A program made the translations under genes and the position numbers. The notes beneath the pieces are model-generated. The model worked only from the letters and a program-made list of their open reading frames with translations. It was not told the origin of the DNA and made no database searches. From Dipteris shenzhenensis (Eukaryota), in assembly GCA_047967505.1 (NCBI GenBank), contig CM106538.1: a DNA stretch of 64,000 bases. One strand, given 5' to 3'. Below are positions 26,629 to 40,234 of the stretch, piece by piece; within the stretch, counting starts at the first letter, position 1; every line of letters starts with the position of its first letter.

Positions 26629-29532
26629 TGAAGGAACATGTGGCCAGCTATCTCTAGAAAGGAAAGGAAAGATTGCAAGCATCATGGAAATGAACTCAAA
26701 TGGAAGTAGGCAATAGCAATGAACCAAAATACTCACATGTAGATAGCTTGATGGTGACTAATATGAAAAGACTCAAGACAAGTACAACACTATATAGTGT
26801 GAGCCTCTAGACTCTATAAAGTCACAATGCATATGGGATAATCTTCCATATGACACATGGCACTGTCTAGGACTCACTAGACTATAAAATAAGTGCTAGG
26901 GACCTAGGACACACAAATACACTCACTTTGACTTCATATTCTAACATCCCCCATGAAGGAAAGGTGAGGGACTACTGGAATGAAGCCAAGAACAGAACAT
27001 GACAATGATGGAGTCTACTACTCTGTGCACCCCAAATAGCTCAGAGGCTCAAATGAAGCATGGCTACTTGACCCAACAAATCGGTCTTGGGAAATGCACC
27101 AACATCCTGGAACTCGTCCAGGCCTGATAGAGAGACCCATCAAAGCCAATAGAAAGGCTTCCACAATACATCCCCCCTTGGCTTCATAGCAAGACTTGCT
27201 GGGAAGCCACACACCACTCATAAAGGAAATAAAACATCATTTGAGGAGGACTTTCCAAGGTTGAGAACCTTTATTGACTCAAGGACACAAGACTCATTAT
27301 TACAAGCATTTTTTGGGAACTACCCAGCGCAGAGTACCAAGCACACATAGAATAGATCAGAAACAAAAGTCCTGATCATCAGGTACATAGACCTCTGAAT
27401 GGAGAGAGGGATCTCTGATGTCGGAAGAGCATGAGTTAGTGTCGAAGCATCATCTTCTTCTTCGTCTTCACTTGTTGCAGCCCCAACCAAGTTAGCATGA
27501 TCCTTGTGTTGTTGCTTGGCAAGCTTCTAGAAGCAACGAACCTTGGTGTGACCAAGCTTCCCATAGTGATTGCATTTGAAAGGCTTGAATTTGCCTTTGC
27601 CCTTGGAGTATAATGCAGTGGAGTCCAGAGTGTCTGCATACCGTCCTCATTATCAATGAGCATAGCAACCATATCATGATAACCCATTTGTGTCACACAT
27701 AATGCTGGTATGATCTCCCAGTACTTAGAAAAATCCTCAATGCTCGAGAGGAGCACAGCAACTTTCATCTTCCCCTACAAGGGCCTTCAGACTAGCAAGC
27801 TGAGTTCCATATGATTCAAGAGAGTCTTCATGCTTCATTTGTAGCTTGAAGAATTCATACTTGAGGAATATCTTTGAATTGATGATTTTGTTGCGGAACA
27901 ATTCTTCAAACTTAGCCCATAAGTCATGAGCAGTGGAGTCAAATTCAAAATGATGAATAACTTCATCACCCAACCCCAAACCAATGAGAGAAAGAGCTTT
28001 GTCATTCAGATTTTCCCAGTGTGCAATTTTCTTTTCATCTAATTGTGGCTTTTTCTCCTTGTCACGAACAACATGCTACACTCCGTACAAGATGCATCTT
28101 TGTTTGCCATTTAGGGAAGTTCTTACCACTTTAACGAAATGGAAGTTGATTTGGAAGACTCCATGGCTGAAAAAGAGTAGAAATGCAAGTGTAACTATGG
28201 AAAGATCACCTTGGTAAGTTATTCATGAGCTGGAGAAGGTCTGGAACTTCTTCATGGCAAACAGAAGTAGAAGGATAGAAACTGTAAAATCAACAACAGC
28301 TCCAAGAGAATGACAGGCAGAATACGGGCACCAACTTGCAAAAAGGAGGAGCAAATGGTGGCCTGGAGTAGAGGTTAACGATGAAGAGGATGGATAGCCC
28401 CACGTTGAGCTGGCTGCATCATGCTTGGGTTGTCAAATCATTGAGCTCAAGAACAAAATCCGTGCACAAAAACAAAATTCATCACTTCTTGCAGGAGTTA
28501 TAACTTGTCACAAAAAACTCACATTGCAATGATGTAAAAACAAAATTTGTAGTACTCAAGGTCCTCTACAACTTTTCTGAAGACACAAAGCTGTGATTCT
28601 GCTTCCAGATCCGGATAGAAGCGTCACATAGTCTACAGGTCACAGAAAGAGCAACAGAAGGGAAGGAGAAGAGAGGTTGAAGATGCAAGACATGGAATGG
28701 AAAGGAAAGTAGAAAAGCATGACTAGGCAAACATAAAGAAATGAAAGAATGCTAGAAAGAAATGTACAACCAAAGAAAAGTACTTACATGACCAAGAAAG
28801 TATTGAGTCTTGATTTTCTGACATGAGAAAGTACAATGCCTTTATAGGATAGGCACACTCACTATGGGATAAGTCCCATAGTGACACGTGGCACTCTAGG
28901 ATATAAATTAATATAGTACTACTCTAGAACTCAATAGAAACACACTAAAAGTCACTCAAATTGGCTCCATTTCCTAACAGAAGTGGTAGATCATGGCATG
29001 GTGAAGAGAGCCAATGGTCGATGTAGATCACCTTCTCCAAAAGCTCCAAACAATGGTGAGGCTAAGGGAGGGGAAAGTGGAAAGAAAGGAGGAGAACTAA
29101 GTGCCTTCCAAGGAGGAGAAGGGAGAGTAGCATCATTGGCCTTCCTCACCTCATCCTCTTGGAAGGGAAAGGGAAAGAGAGAGCAGGGCTAGGAACATGG
29201 CTCTAATACCACATGAAAGAACATGTGGCCAGCTATCTCTAGGAAAGGAAAGGAAAGATTGCAAGCATAGTGGAAATGAACTCAAATAGAAGTAGGCAAT
29301 AGCAATGAACCAAAATACTCACATGTAGATAGCTTGATGTTGACTGATATGAAAAGACTCAAGACAAGTACAACACTATATAGTGTGAGCCTCTAGACTC
29401 TAGAAAGTCACAATGCATATGGGATAATCTTCCATATGACATGTGGCATTGTCTAGGACTCACTAGACTATAAAATAAGTCCTAGGGACCTAGGACACAC
29501 AAGTACACTCACTTTGACTTCATATTCTAACA
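26629..29532 (-). mobile_element. Complete gag-only LTR retrotransposon (TR-GAG-like) with nested solo LTR
   Basis: LTRs 26629-26946 and 29214-29532; perfect TSD CCTTG; PBS TGGTATTAGAGCC at 29199-29211; PPT at 26947; broken Copia gag about 27357-28170 (GLGDEVIHHF...LWAKFEELF...LKYEFFKLQM); no pol. Confidence 0.92.
28678..28979 (-). mobile_element. Solo LTR of the 47462-49889 family, nested in the 26629-29532 element
   Basis: Reverse complement of LTR 47462-47772; TG...CA ends; flanks GAGGT/GAAGT (1 mismatch). Confidence 0.88.
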
Positions 29533-29869
29533 CCTTGCTTCCTTCATTTTAGAAATCTCCCCATCCTAATTCTTCAAATGTGTGGGTGTGTGCGATTCTC
29601 CTGTGATCCGGATATTTGTGCCTTTGAGCTTATAGGACTGCCTTAGGAATCTTATCCTCACCCTTGTTGTTTTAGATGTAATGACTATGTGGGAGGTAGG
29701 CTTGCCATGTCATCCTCTTAAAATTTTAATTTTGAATAGAGATATGATTTTGGATATTCTCCTTAGCTATGGCAAGACATCGATCTAGTTCTAGGAGTGA
29801 GTCTAAGCAAAAAGGCCAAAGCGAGACAAGCTTGAGTGGAGTGGAAGGGGCTTGAGTGAAGAAGTGATA

Positions 29870-29873
<4 letters not shown>

Positions 29874-29917
<44 letters not shown>

Positions 29918-31165
29918 GGAGGGAGGGAGAAGATATAAGTTTATTAAATTCTTCAAAAGGCCAAAGGATCTATGAAAATTCAAAAAACCAAATACATAAA
30001 AGCTAAGAGATGAAGCCACTAAAGCAGGCATCCACTCGTTAGGCTGATGTTTGAGACAAAAATAATAGGGAGAGAAGTACACCACAATGTCTCTATAGGA
30101 GGGCTCACAGCCTGGCATAACTATCCTCATGAGAGTGATGGGCCATGAGGGATCCTTACAAGGGAACCAGCATTACCACCAAAGGTGTTGGAAGCTTTGT
30201 ATGCTATCTGGGGGGATGTCTACTGACCAGATGAGGATAGAAGAGATGGTCTCAATTGAGAGCTCTGTTAGTGAATGCAAGTATTGTTGAGAGAAGAAGT
30301 TAGTGATAGGATGCAGTTGATGCTCAACTTGGCCAACCTACCTAAGTCCCTCCCTCCTCCTCTGTAGACTTCAAGAGATAGCTCACCGTCTGGGAAGCAC
30401 TACCATCACTCCCATCATTTGTCTCCTCAAGTCAAAGAGTAAGTAGGAGATATCTATGGTCCTCATGTGTGGATCAACACGAAATGAGTGCATTGCATCA
30501 TGCTCTTTGGATCCCGATTGCGTCGTGTCTCCTACGGCCTCTATTTACGGTATCCTAAGTGAAGGAATTTCTTATCATCCTTTGGTTTCTCCAATAGGCC
30601 GTCTTGGTCTCACAATAAGTTGTATCTATGTCATCCGGCCTCAAGTAAGAAATGTCACCACGCATCGTTGATCGAGATGGCTACAAAAACTGAGAGAGTC
30701 CAAATCTGCTCATGAATAGGCAATGGCGACATCCTCAAATCTAATAGGACATGGGGCATCTATATTCAAAGTGCTCTGTTGACTCAATCTATTGCAAGTC
30801 ACATAAGATATAGATTCATTCCTCATCGGGATGCCCTCTACTCTCGATATGCAATTTGTGAGAGGATACTCAGAATTGCCATGTCAAGATCCTCAAGGCA
30901 TGTGGGAGATGGGTCTGGGCATAGCTGGGGGATTGAATAAAACCCTTTTCCAAAATCTAAACTGTGTAGAAGCTCAGTTTTACCAAAAGCTCGTGGGGTG
31001 CTAGGTAGAACCTATATGTGTCGAGCTATAGGAGATCCTCTTTGATGACTTGCATGGATGAGGCCTCAAGGCTATAAAACGGTGGCAATTTATCCATATG
31101 GAGTACTAGGCCTACAAACCATCTGCATGTTCAAGCATACCAATTCCTCTAGCCTCCCTCTGCCA
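29874..31165 (-). mobile_element. 5'-truncated RTE-X-like LINE with (TC)n tail
   Basis: (GA)n 29874-29912; family 3' motif at 29940-29980; C-terminal remnant VSSHKLHIES...IESTEHFEYRCP at about 30750-30870. Confidence 0.7.
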
Positions 31166-31167
31166 CT

Positions 31168-31798
31168 AGAGAGAGAAGAAAGAAAGAAAAAAGAAAGAAA
31201 ATTTACTTGCATCTTTGAGAGACCAAAGGTACTATGAGACTAAAAAAACAAGATACAATAAAAGCAAAGAGACACGGCCACTAAAGTGGGCATCCACACC
31301 CAAGGCTAATGTTTGAGATGAGAAAATAAATGGGGAGATACACCACACTTGTGGGAGAGTACACAAATGCAAAGGACAAAATGAAGAGAGCTCCCTCTCA
31401 ATCGGCCATCCAATCAACTAACCACCTGAGTGATGGGACTTGTGTATATTGTTTGTGGGGAAAACTCTTAAGGATAGAAAAGATGATCGTAGCTGCAGAT
31501 GCCTTTGGATCTGGTAGGGCTGGCAAAGAATGAAACCAATAATAGAGCGTGTTGATGCTCATCTCAATTATTCTTTCTGGGCTCCTCTCTCCTCTCTAAT
31601 CTCCGAGAAGTAAAAGAAGTCTATGATCTTCCTCTGGATAGGCTTTGATGGGCCCTCCTGGACTCTCATCAACACTCATCTCTATGCCATTGGGTCTTGA
31701 GAAGGAAAGTCACCACACATCGTTGATAAAGATGGATCAAGAAATCTTTAAGTGGACCAAATGAGGTCATGAATAAACAATAGTGCCATCCAAGGATC
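31168..31798 (-). mobile_element. Short 3' fragment of the RTE-X-like LINE with (TTTC)n tail
   Basis: 31190-31260 is similar to the reverse complement of 60405-60492. Confidence 0.65.
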
Positions 31799-32571
31799 TC
31801 ATAGTACAAAGGGCATCTGGATGGTCATACGGTACCTCAACACCATGGGACCATCATTGTAGGGCTGTGCAATACCGGCCTCGTATACAATAGATCCATC
31901 ATTGTATCCTATAGTACTATGAGCATCATTTTGACCAATATCCTCCATGTCGACCACTGGACAATCCTCAATGTTCACTGCAGTACCATCATTGTCCTCA
32001 GTACGATCAGTGGTGTCCACTGTAGTACCCCTAGTGACCATTCTCTTATACATGTGTGGACTATTGCAAAGTCCAAAGGGCATCCTTTCATAAACTAGTT
32101 CAGCTAGACCCTGTGCATGTGGTTCTAGGTGGATTTCTGATACTACAAGTAGATGTTCTTTGGGATCTTCTTGTTGGCATAGTTCCACCATGTTGACGGC
32201 TAAGGAACCCAGGGCTCCCATCCAATCCAAAATGACAGCTTCCTCGTCTTCTTGATCAGCCCGATCCAACAAGTAGGTCAAACTTTCGAATCCTTCCAAG
32301 GTTGTCTCCTCATTGATATCTTGGTCACCACCCATGAGCCAATCCCCACAAGCCCAATGCTCCTCTTCGGCTCCGGCTTGTTCTTCAAAATCCTCCTCTC
32401 CTAGTTCTATTGGTATGTGCCTTGCCTGTTCTGTGACCATATCTATTTCGAGGGATGTGGATCCCAGGGGCAATTGAACTTCATTAATTGACCAATCCTG
32501 AATGGCCTTTGTGGATCACAAACATGGCCTACCAAGAAGTAGAGGGTAAGTCTGTTCATTTTCGGTCATAT

Positions 32572-35172
32572 TGACAAATCGAGGGATCGAGCTCTCCTAG
32601 TCATGAGACGACATCCTAATACAACACTAATCTAAGGAGGATGCAACCTAAGTGCAAACATGATGAAGAGAGTGCCCATGACATGTACCTCAAGTCAATT
32701 AGGTTCCAAGATAAATTAGCTTGGACTCATAAAGAGAACCTTGAGATAGTGCAAAGTGCTTGATTGATATTACTTCAAATGAACCTCCCTTTTATAGGTA
32801 AGGGTACTTACATCCATATGCTTGCTCACATGTGGGATATCTCCTCCATGCCATGTGGCAGCTTGCCCTTTACACATACCTTTGCTCTACATGTGCTCAT
32901 GGCACCACAACTCTCAACATCTCCCCTTGGTGCCATGATCCTTTGGCTGCTGCAAGGTGGTCAGATGTGAGTTACAAGATCAAATCCTCCCGTGGGTGCT
33001 TACATAGCTACTCTCAGGTGGTCAGGTTTGATTTACAAAACATAGGCAAGGTTGGCAAGGTTTTTGTTTCTCAATACATGTTATTCCTGTCATTCTGCTC
33101 ATGGCTTGATGACGATGGCGTTTGCTTCTTTGCTTGACGTAGCTGGATGCATGATGCTTTGTTCTTACATGTGCCTTGATGCTTTATGTGTGGATGCCAT
33201 GCTTTTTACTATGGTCATCTCATGCACTTGTGCTTTTGGCATGCTTATGACAATGGTATGTGCATTCATGCTTTGATTTGTCATTTGTTGCAAAGGTCTT
33301 ACCAATTGATTTCTTTCAATATTGGCAGTGTCTAATTGCATACAATGATTCTGAACTAACAGGTGTGTACAGCTCAAAAAAGTGATCACTTTTTTTTTTT
33401 GGAGCGTGTGCAAATTCTTCCTGGATTGGAAGTTACGCTTTATCGAAGTTTTTGTGAAGAAGAGGGGGCCTTGATGATGTGGCGCAGGGATTCACATGCT
33501 GAATTCCATACTGTGCTTAGCAAGAGGCTCTGTGTGCTTAGGTGGCACTGTGGTGACCTTTGAACCCAACTTGGTTAAACCCAAGGTTTACACAAACTTT
33601 ACCATAGTTCAACTAACCCAAGTAGCTGAACCTAACCATAGTTAATTTTGACTACCTTATTTGCCACCTGGCATTTTTGCGTGGCCTAAGGTAAGCCTTG
33701 GAGAAAAAAAGAAAGAAGCTTGAAGCTTTCTCTACAACGCGGACGGCGAGATGCGACGACGACGGAGCTTGGAGCGCATTCTTTTTGGAGCATGTGAGGA
33801 GTTGGGCATGGATTGTATATGAGCATTATGCTACTTGAGCAGAGATGGTCGAAGGCAGTTGCTTGCTGCACTTGGGAGGCAGATGCATGGCTGTTGCAGG
33901 TCGTGCTACTGAGTGGGTCGTTGGCTGCCTTGTGCAGGGAAGTGTTATTGAGATGCGTTGTGGGAGCATAGCAGCCCATGGCTATGGCTACCTGATGGGG
34001 AAGCTTGTTTTGCAGAGGTAGCCGCTATCATTGTAGCTGTGAGGCACGCAGAGTCGCTTTGTTGCTTGCAATGAGGCAGCTGTTGATGTCGTAGCATTGC
34101 TCTATCCATGAAGGCTGGGTCGCTGGGAACTATGGATGCCGTAGCTGTGGTCGTTAAAGTGGCATTCATGCAGGCTCGTTGAGGTGCTACGAGCCACGGG
34201 CGTCGCTACTGGCGAAGCTTCCGTTCAGTCGAGGTAGTGGGCTGGCTTGTGTTGCTTGATGTGGCTGAAGGGCCGATGTTGGTTGCAGAGATGGACCTCG
34301 ACGAGAGGCTATTTGAGGTGCCTTCGCTACTCAAGGAGCGTGCTATTCGAAGCTTTGTAGTTGGCCTCTCCTTTCGCATAGCCTGAGCTCGTCTCCCATT
34401 CCCTCGCAACCCATTGGTGTGCAGTCGCCTCTGTAAGGGAGTTCTCCACCTCAGTTTCTCCATCGCATCGTCAGAGGCCTGCAGGGAAGGTGGCTGTCAT
34501 CACAGGGGAATAGGCAAGGCCACAGCCAAGCTTTTTGTGGAGGAGGGCGCTATGGTGGTTCTTTCTTTTCACAAAACCGAGGGACTAGATCTCTCTCCAA
34601 GATCTCTCTGCAAAGCTCTCTTTCCCTTAACAATGGAAATTTCCTCATCCGAGAAGAAGAAGAAGAAAGGGCACAATGGAAATGAACCCAAGAAATCTCT
34701 CTCTCAAAACTAGAACTGATAAACTCTCTAATCTTACATTCTGAAACTAATCTAGGAATGGAAGCAATCCTAGTGAACTACTAATAAGCTAAACTAGGAG
34801 AGCTAAACCTATGCTCTGATACCATGACAAATCGAGGGATCAAGCTCTCCTAGTCATGAGACAACATCCTAATACAACACTAATCTAAGGAGGATGCAAC
34901 CTAAGTGCAAACATGATGAAGAGAGTGCTCATGATATGTACCTCAAGTCAATTAGGTTCCAAGATAGATTAGCTTGGACTCATAAAGAGAATCTTGAGAT
35001 AGTGCAAAGTGCTTGATTGATATTACTTCAAATGAACCTCCCTTTTATAGGTGAGGGTACTTACATCCATATGCTTGCTCACATGTGGGATATCTCCTCC
35101 ATGCCATGTGGCAGCTTGCCCTTTACTCATACCTTTGCTCTACATGTGCTCATGGCACCACAACTCTCGACA
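32572..35172 (-). mobile_element. Complete non-autonomous LTR retrotransposon with no recognisable gag/pol
   Basis: 348-bp LTRs 32572-32919 and 34825-35172 (about 9 mismatches by eye, mostly transitions); perfect TSD CATAT; PBS TGGTATCAGAGC 34813-34824; PPT at 32920. Confidence 0.93.
34430..34560 (+). pseudogene. Captured fragment of a plant short-chain dehydrogenase/reductase (Rossmann N-terminus)
   Basis: SVREFSTSVSPSHRQRPAGKVAVITG then, after a frameshifting deletion, GIGKATAKLFVEEGAMVV; resembles the plant SDR consensus RLxGKVAxITGxxxGIGxATAxLFxxxGAxVV. Confidence 0.75.
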
Positions 35173-37994
35173 CATATCAAGGACAACAAAATTGGAGAGA
35201 AAAGTTACTTTGCCAATCTTCGTGTGAACACCTTTGACTGCACCCATTGGTTTTACTCTACGTTGATCAACCATGCGTACTTGAAAGTGAACATCACTTG
35301 TCAACTTCAACCCCAGTTTTTGGAGTGTACCTTTTGGCATAATGTTCACAGCCGCCCCACCATCAAGGAAGATGTCCTTCAGCTCCACTCCATGAATCTC
35401 CACGATGAGCTTGGGACTTTGTTCACAAGTGAGGGCAACATAGGTAGAGAAGTGGTCCGGTGTAGACCCATGCTGAGCCAGTAATGTCTCTGGTGTTGGC
35501 TCACTTGGAGTAGATCCCTTCTGTCGACGTTTTGGGAGGTAATTAAGAAATGTAATGGTTTGATGCTTGATTTGGGGGGACAATAGACACAGTTTTCATA
35601 GAGTGAGATTGGGCTTGAAACTCGCAAAATCTTCAAACAAGGAGTAGTGGTGGACACTAGCATTAGCCTTCTGCAACCTCATCCTCCTAGCCTCTGGCCG
35701 AGGGTCGAAGCTTACACAAGGATGCGGATGTACGTCTGAACTGTGAGTCATTGTCTCCTGTGGTTTCTCTTCCATCAATCCTTTCCCTTTTGCCTGGGCA
35801 AGACTAGAGGTCTTGTCCCCATAGCCCCTTCTCTATTGAGTGATGTTGGGGACAAAGTGGAAGAACCTACTTGTGCCTCATTATCCCAGTGCTAAACCTC
35901 ACAGTTCTGGACTTGCGGGATGGAAACTGAGGTGTGCTACCTTCATCTTCAGAACTTGTTTGAAGATCTCTCGTGACACTCTTTACCACCTCCTGATACC
36001 TCAAAGGCATAGAGTGATCACCCGAGGATGAGGCCCTTGTAGAGTTCGTGGTTGACATTAATGGCTGTGTGCCCTTCAAGTTTGTTTCTGAATCACTATC
36101 AGAAGCAAGCATGGGTGGTCTATTCCTAGGTGTACTGTGTACCTTGGAGGGGGAGAATGACCTTGGTGGGGGAACACTAGTCGAACTGATTGGTGCTGAG
36201 GTCTCCGATGTTGACTCTGAGTCATCCTTACATTTGTCACCTTTTGTATGTGACCGTGTCACAACGCCCTCCCCCACCACTACTACATCAACCATATTCA
36301 CTTGGGATGCGGGTTCCACTCTTCCATTGGGACAATCTTTGGTGTAGTGGTCGTTTGTGTTGCACTGTGTACAAGAGGGTCCCCGAACGGCTGTGTACAA
36401 TCATCTTGGTAGTGGCCATACTCGCCACATCTGTAATACATGATGGGTTTTCTAAAGTTTGTACCTCTTCCTGCACCTCCACATCCACCTCGATAAGGGG
36501 GTCCATAGCCACCTCCTGACATAGGTGGTTGGTACGGTGCATAGTAAGGCTAAGGATAGAAATAAGGGGAACCAATTGAATTGGGCGCAGGAGCTTGGAG
36601 CAAAGGGGGAGTCGGAAGCAATGGAGGCGACATGATAGGAGGAGGAGGTGGCTCAGATGCTCGTGCAAGAGGGGGAGCATGAGGTACTCCTGCTAGGCCA
36701 AAAGTTATGGGTACCGTTCTATTGACTGCAGCACAACTAGAGGTTCCCCCGAGGTATACTCTGGAAGAAGCTTCCTTAATCCTTTGAGGTACCTACACTC
36801 AAAGGCATCATTTCCATGGATCTCACAAAATGTACAAAATGGGGGAGAAGTAGGTACCTTACACTTGGAGGGGCACTCCCAGTAACCATGGTTAGAACCC
36901 TTGCATTCTGTGCACCAAAGACCACTTCGAATCTAGGCCTCAAAGGACAACTGTCCATCCACCTTTATTCTATCTTTCAGGGCTTCTTTGATTTCTTCTA
37001 ACTCCTTGAGTTGCTGCCATGCGAATGATCCCTCCTCTCTTGGGAGTTGGGTGGTCGTAGTCGTTGATGAGGCAAAAATTAGTTGTGACCGTTCCATCTT
37101 GACAACTTCTTTTAGGAAGTCTTGAAGTGAGGCATGTTCAGGGATTTTATCAACCAACCTTATAGCAATGGTCTTTCAAAAACCATCTCAAAGATGCTTT
37201 CTCCAGGCTTCATGGTGTCAACGAATAACTCTTGGACAATCATGTGTTCGAATTTTTCCAACTTGAAAGTGCGTAAGAATTCTTCCCCTAGGTCTGTCCA
37301 CATCTGGAAGTGGTTCGGGGAAAATTGGCTATACCATACATCCGCGGCATCCTCCAATGACAAGGGGAAGATGTGAAGGAACACATGCTCCTTCTCCACA
37401 CCTTTAGCTCTACATGCTGTGAGGAATTTCCTCACATGAGCTTCCGCATCCTCATGGAGGTGGCCTTTGAACTTTTAAGTCTTGACGTGGACCTTCTTGA
37501 GTAGCTCGAGAAGTCTAGCTCTGTCTGGAGGACTGAGAATGGCCATGCCCACTGGAGAGGCTGGAGAAGATGCAAGAGTTGGAGGGAGTCCCGATGGGAC
37601 TGTAATGAGTGTCGGTGTTCCAGAGGAGGAGACCACACCGACAACTCCTCCTGTGGAGGACCACAATGGGGAAGTCACTACTGATGTAGCCATAGAGGAA
37701 CTGTACCCAGATGGTAGCACATATGCGGAGGGTCTCGGTGTTGCAAAGGGAAAGGGTGAGAACATAGAAGATGTGGGGTTTAAAGAGGATGGGAGAGCAT
37801 TTGGCAAAGAGAGGGATGGAGTTGAAGTCATGGATGAGTAGGCAATAGGGAAGAAAGGAGGTGGTGGAAAAGGCAACACTAGTGTGGATGGAAAGGGAGA
37901 TGAAACTATCATGGCAGATAAAGGCACGGCCGGAGCAAAAGTACCCCCTAGTGGGACAGATGTAGAAGATAGATTAGCTAGGAGCCCGGAGCTA

Positions 37995-38370
37995 TGCATA
38001 ACAGTATTGTAACAAGACCCATGCTAGCCTCATAAGAACCTGTAGCCACAATCTCATACCCTGTCTTTGGATCCTTGATCCGGCATTGATCATCCTGGAA
38101 TTCCACAAGCATGTGCTGATCATGAGCCATGGATGGAACGAAAACAAGGTTTTTCCACAAGTTGGGAACATACCAAACATCACGGATATAATTTTTCTTT
38201 CTTGAATTCAGAAGGATGGGAACATCTCCCACTCATGTGATGTCCTAAGTAGCATCATTGGCACAAGTAACTTGTCTGCCATGAACATGTTTGATTTCTT
38301 CAAACCACTCTTTCATGTGAGTCATGTGCTTTGATGCACCACTATCTAGATACCAAGTATCTTTGGCAGC
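37995..38370 (-). mobile_element. Ty1/Copia protease-region fragment
   Basis: WYLDSGASKHMTH near 38320-38358 and IRDVWYVPNLWKNLV (37978-38232 ORF). Confidence 0.75.
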
Positions 38371-39116
38371 AAATGAAGGATACCCACTCTAGTCTAAATG
38401 ATTGTCTCAACTTTTCGAGACATATCATGATAGGCTATCTTCCTTCTTGGAGTTCCATTTTTTGTAACCCTTTAAGGATCCTTGAAACTTCACAAGATTC
38501 TTGATTGAAAAGTCACATACTTATATAGCTTCCGATTAAGGCTACACTAATATCAACATCAATGCATAAGAGTTAAAAGGTAATGCTTGCCTTCCCATTG
38601 TAGTAAATATACGTATATGAATGGTTACGATCGTCCCATTTATAACCAAAATTATGATGGGAATTTCTCTATGGTTAATGAAAAACGTTCTTTCTTTAAT
38701 GAAGATGAGTTAGCTTGGTTGCTTTACACGCAACTTATGTGACTACAAAGCCAACCAAAAAATTTCCTGTAGTCAACCCCTTCCATGCAGGGACCAAAGA
38801 GACACACTTTTTTTTGGTGAAATCTTTGATTGATTATATTATATGAGCAGCAACCTCAAAATAAGGTGCTACAATTACATCAACTGAAAATTTCAATATG
38901 TGCCAAAGAGTCACACACACACACACACACACACATAAAATTCCATAGTTCCAAATAGTTTGCAAACTATCTTGATGCTTTCATTACTTCATAACTTCTT
39001 TTCAACTTTGTTGTAGGGAAGCCAGGTGTACACAGAGAATTTCATATCAGGAACTTAGAATTACAGCACACATTTTGCATGAATCTGGAGTTCTGACAGC
39101 TGGGTTATGAATGCAG

Positions 39117-39247
39117 ATGACTACAGAGATAGCAATTGAGGACGTACGACGGGAAGTAAAGATATTACGAGCATTATCAGGGCATGCAAACCTAGTGCAG
39201 CTTCACGACGTTTATGAGGACGTTGAAAATGTTTATATCGTTATGGA
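39117..39247 (+). CDS. CRK: CDPK-related kinase exon 2
   Basis: [54 protein letters not shown](E); donor GA|GTAAG; 131 nt. Confidence 0.95.
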
Positions 39248-39450
39248 GTAAGAAGTTCTTGTCCTTCTTCATGTGTAATCTATTGCATTTCAATGATCCT
39301 CGTTTGCATCTTGGCATGGGAAGTCCGAAGCTGATATTATATGTTCTAAAAATGTTGGCGGAAATACATTTGCATTCACTTATTGAGCTTATATATGAAT
39401 CTACAGTAAGTAGCTAGGAATCCTTGATGCTTTGGTACAATGATCTTGTA

Positions 39451-39890
39451 GATGTCTTAAGTCTTCCAAGTTTCCATAAGCTTATGTTTCACTTTAAAGG
39501 GATAAAACCTACATGTACTTTTTAAACCATAGAGAAATCTTGATTCACGGTTCAGAAAAAGAATGCTTGCTGGTTTATATTGAAAAGACATGTCTATCCA
39601 ATGCCTTAAAATCATGAGATACGTTTAGAGACACAATTTCCCGCACATCGTAACATACTTGTTTCAAAGGAACTTAACCTTCGATGTCTTAAGTCTTCCA
39701 AGTTTCCATAAACCACAGGAAATAAGCCTACATTTATTTTTAAACCATAGAGGACTCTTGATTCATGGTTCTGAAAAGAACACTTGCTGGTTTATTTCGA
39801 AAAGACAAGTCTATTGAGCTTTAAAATCATGAGATATGTTTAGAGACAATTTCCTGCACATCATAAAATATTTTGTTTTATAGGAACTAA
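39451..39890. repeat. Diverged tandem duplication (about 230 and 205 bp units) in intron 2
   Basis: GATGTCTTAAGTCTTCCAAGTTTCCATAA at 39451 and 39684, with colinear downstream matches. Confidence 0.85.
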
Positions 39891-40234
39891 TTCTTGCCAC
39901 CATATAATACCAGTAGATCACCAAGAGAAGCTTTGCCATGGTTTCCTCTACAGATGTGGCATTGGATGCACAATCTCCAACTCCATCTTATTATCCATCC
40001 AGCACCTGTAACGGAGGACGATGGCGTACAGTAATGCTTTCCAGGATGTGAGAGCAATGTAAATTTCCTCTTCCCATACAATGAATCTACTGAGAATCCC
40101 ACATATTGTCTCCCTGTTAGGTAGATAAGCAGGGTTTGCTCAGATATGTGACTTGCTTATCGAAGTGTGACAGATGGTCAGCTATAATGACTATTGCTCT
40201 GCTCTAAGGTCCCATGCTGAATATTTATAAGAAA

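Larger units (their letters stand above)
31799..37990 (-). mobile_element. Degenerate Ty3/Gypsy gag-protease-RT remnant (copy B), interrupted by the 32572-35172 element
   Basis: gag (AADVWYSQF...WTDLGEEFLRTFK), two zinc knuckles (YRCGEYGHYQDDC; CTQCNTNDHYTKDC), protease IFLDGGAAVNIMP; the protease continues across the insertion (FVVLDM|TENEQTYPLLLGRP); RT remnant YERMPFGLCN. Confidence 0.85.
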
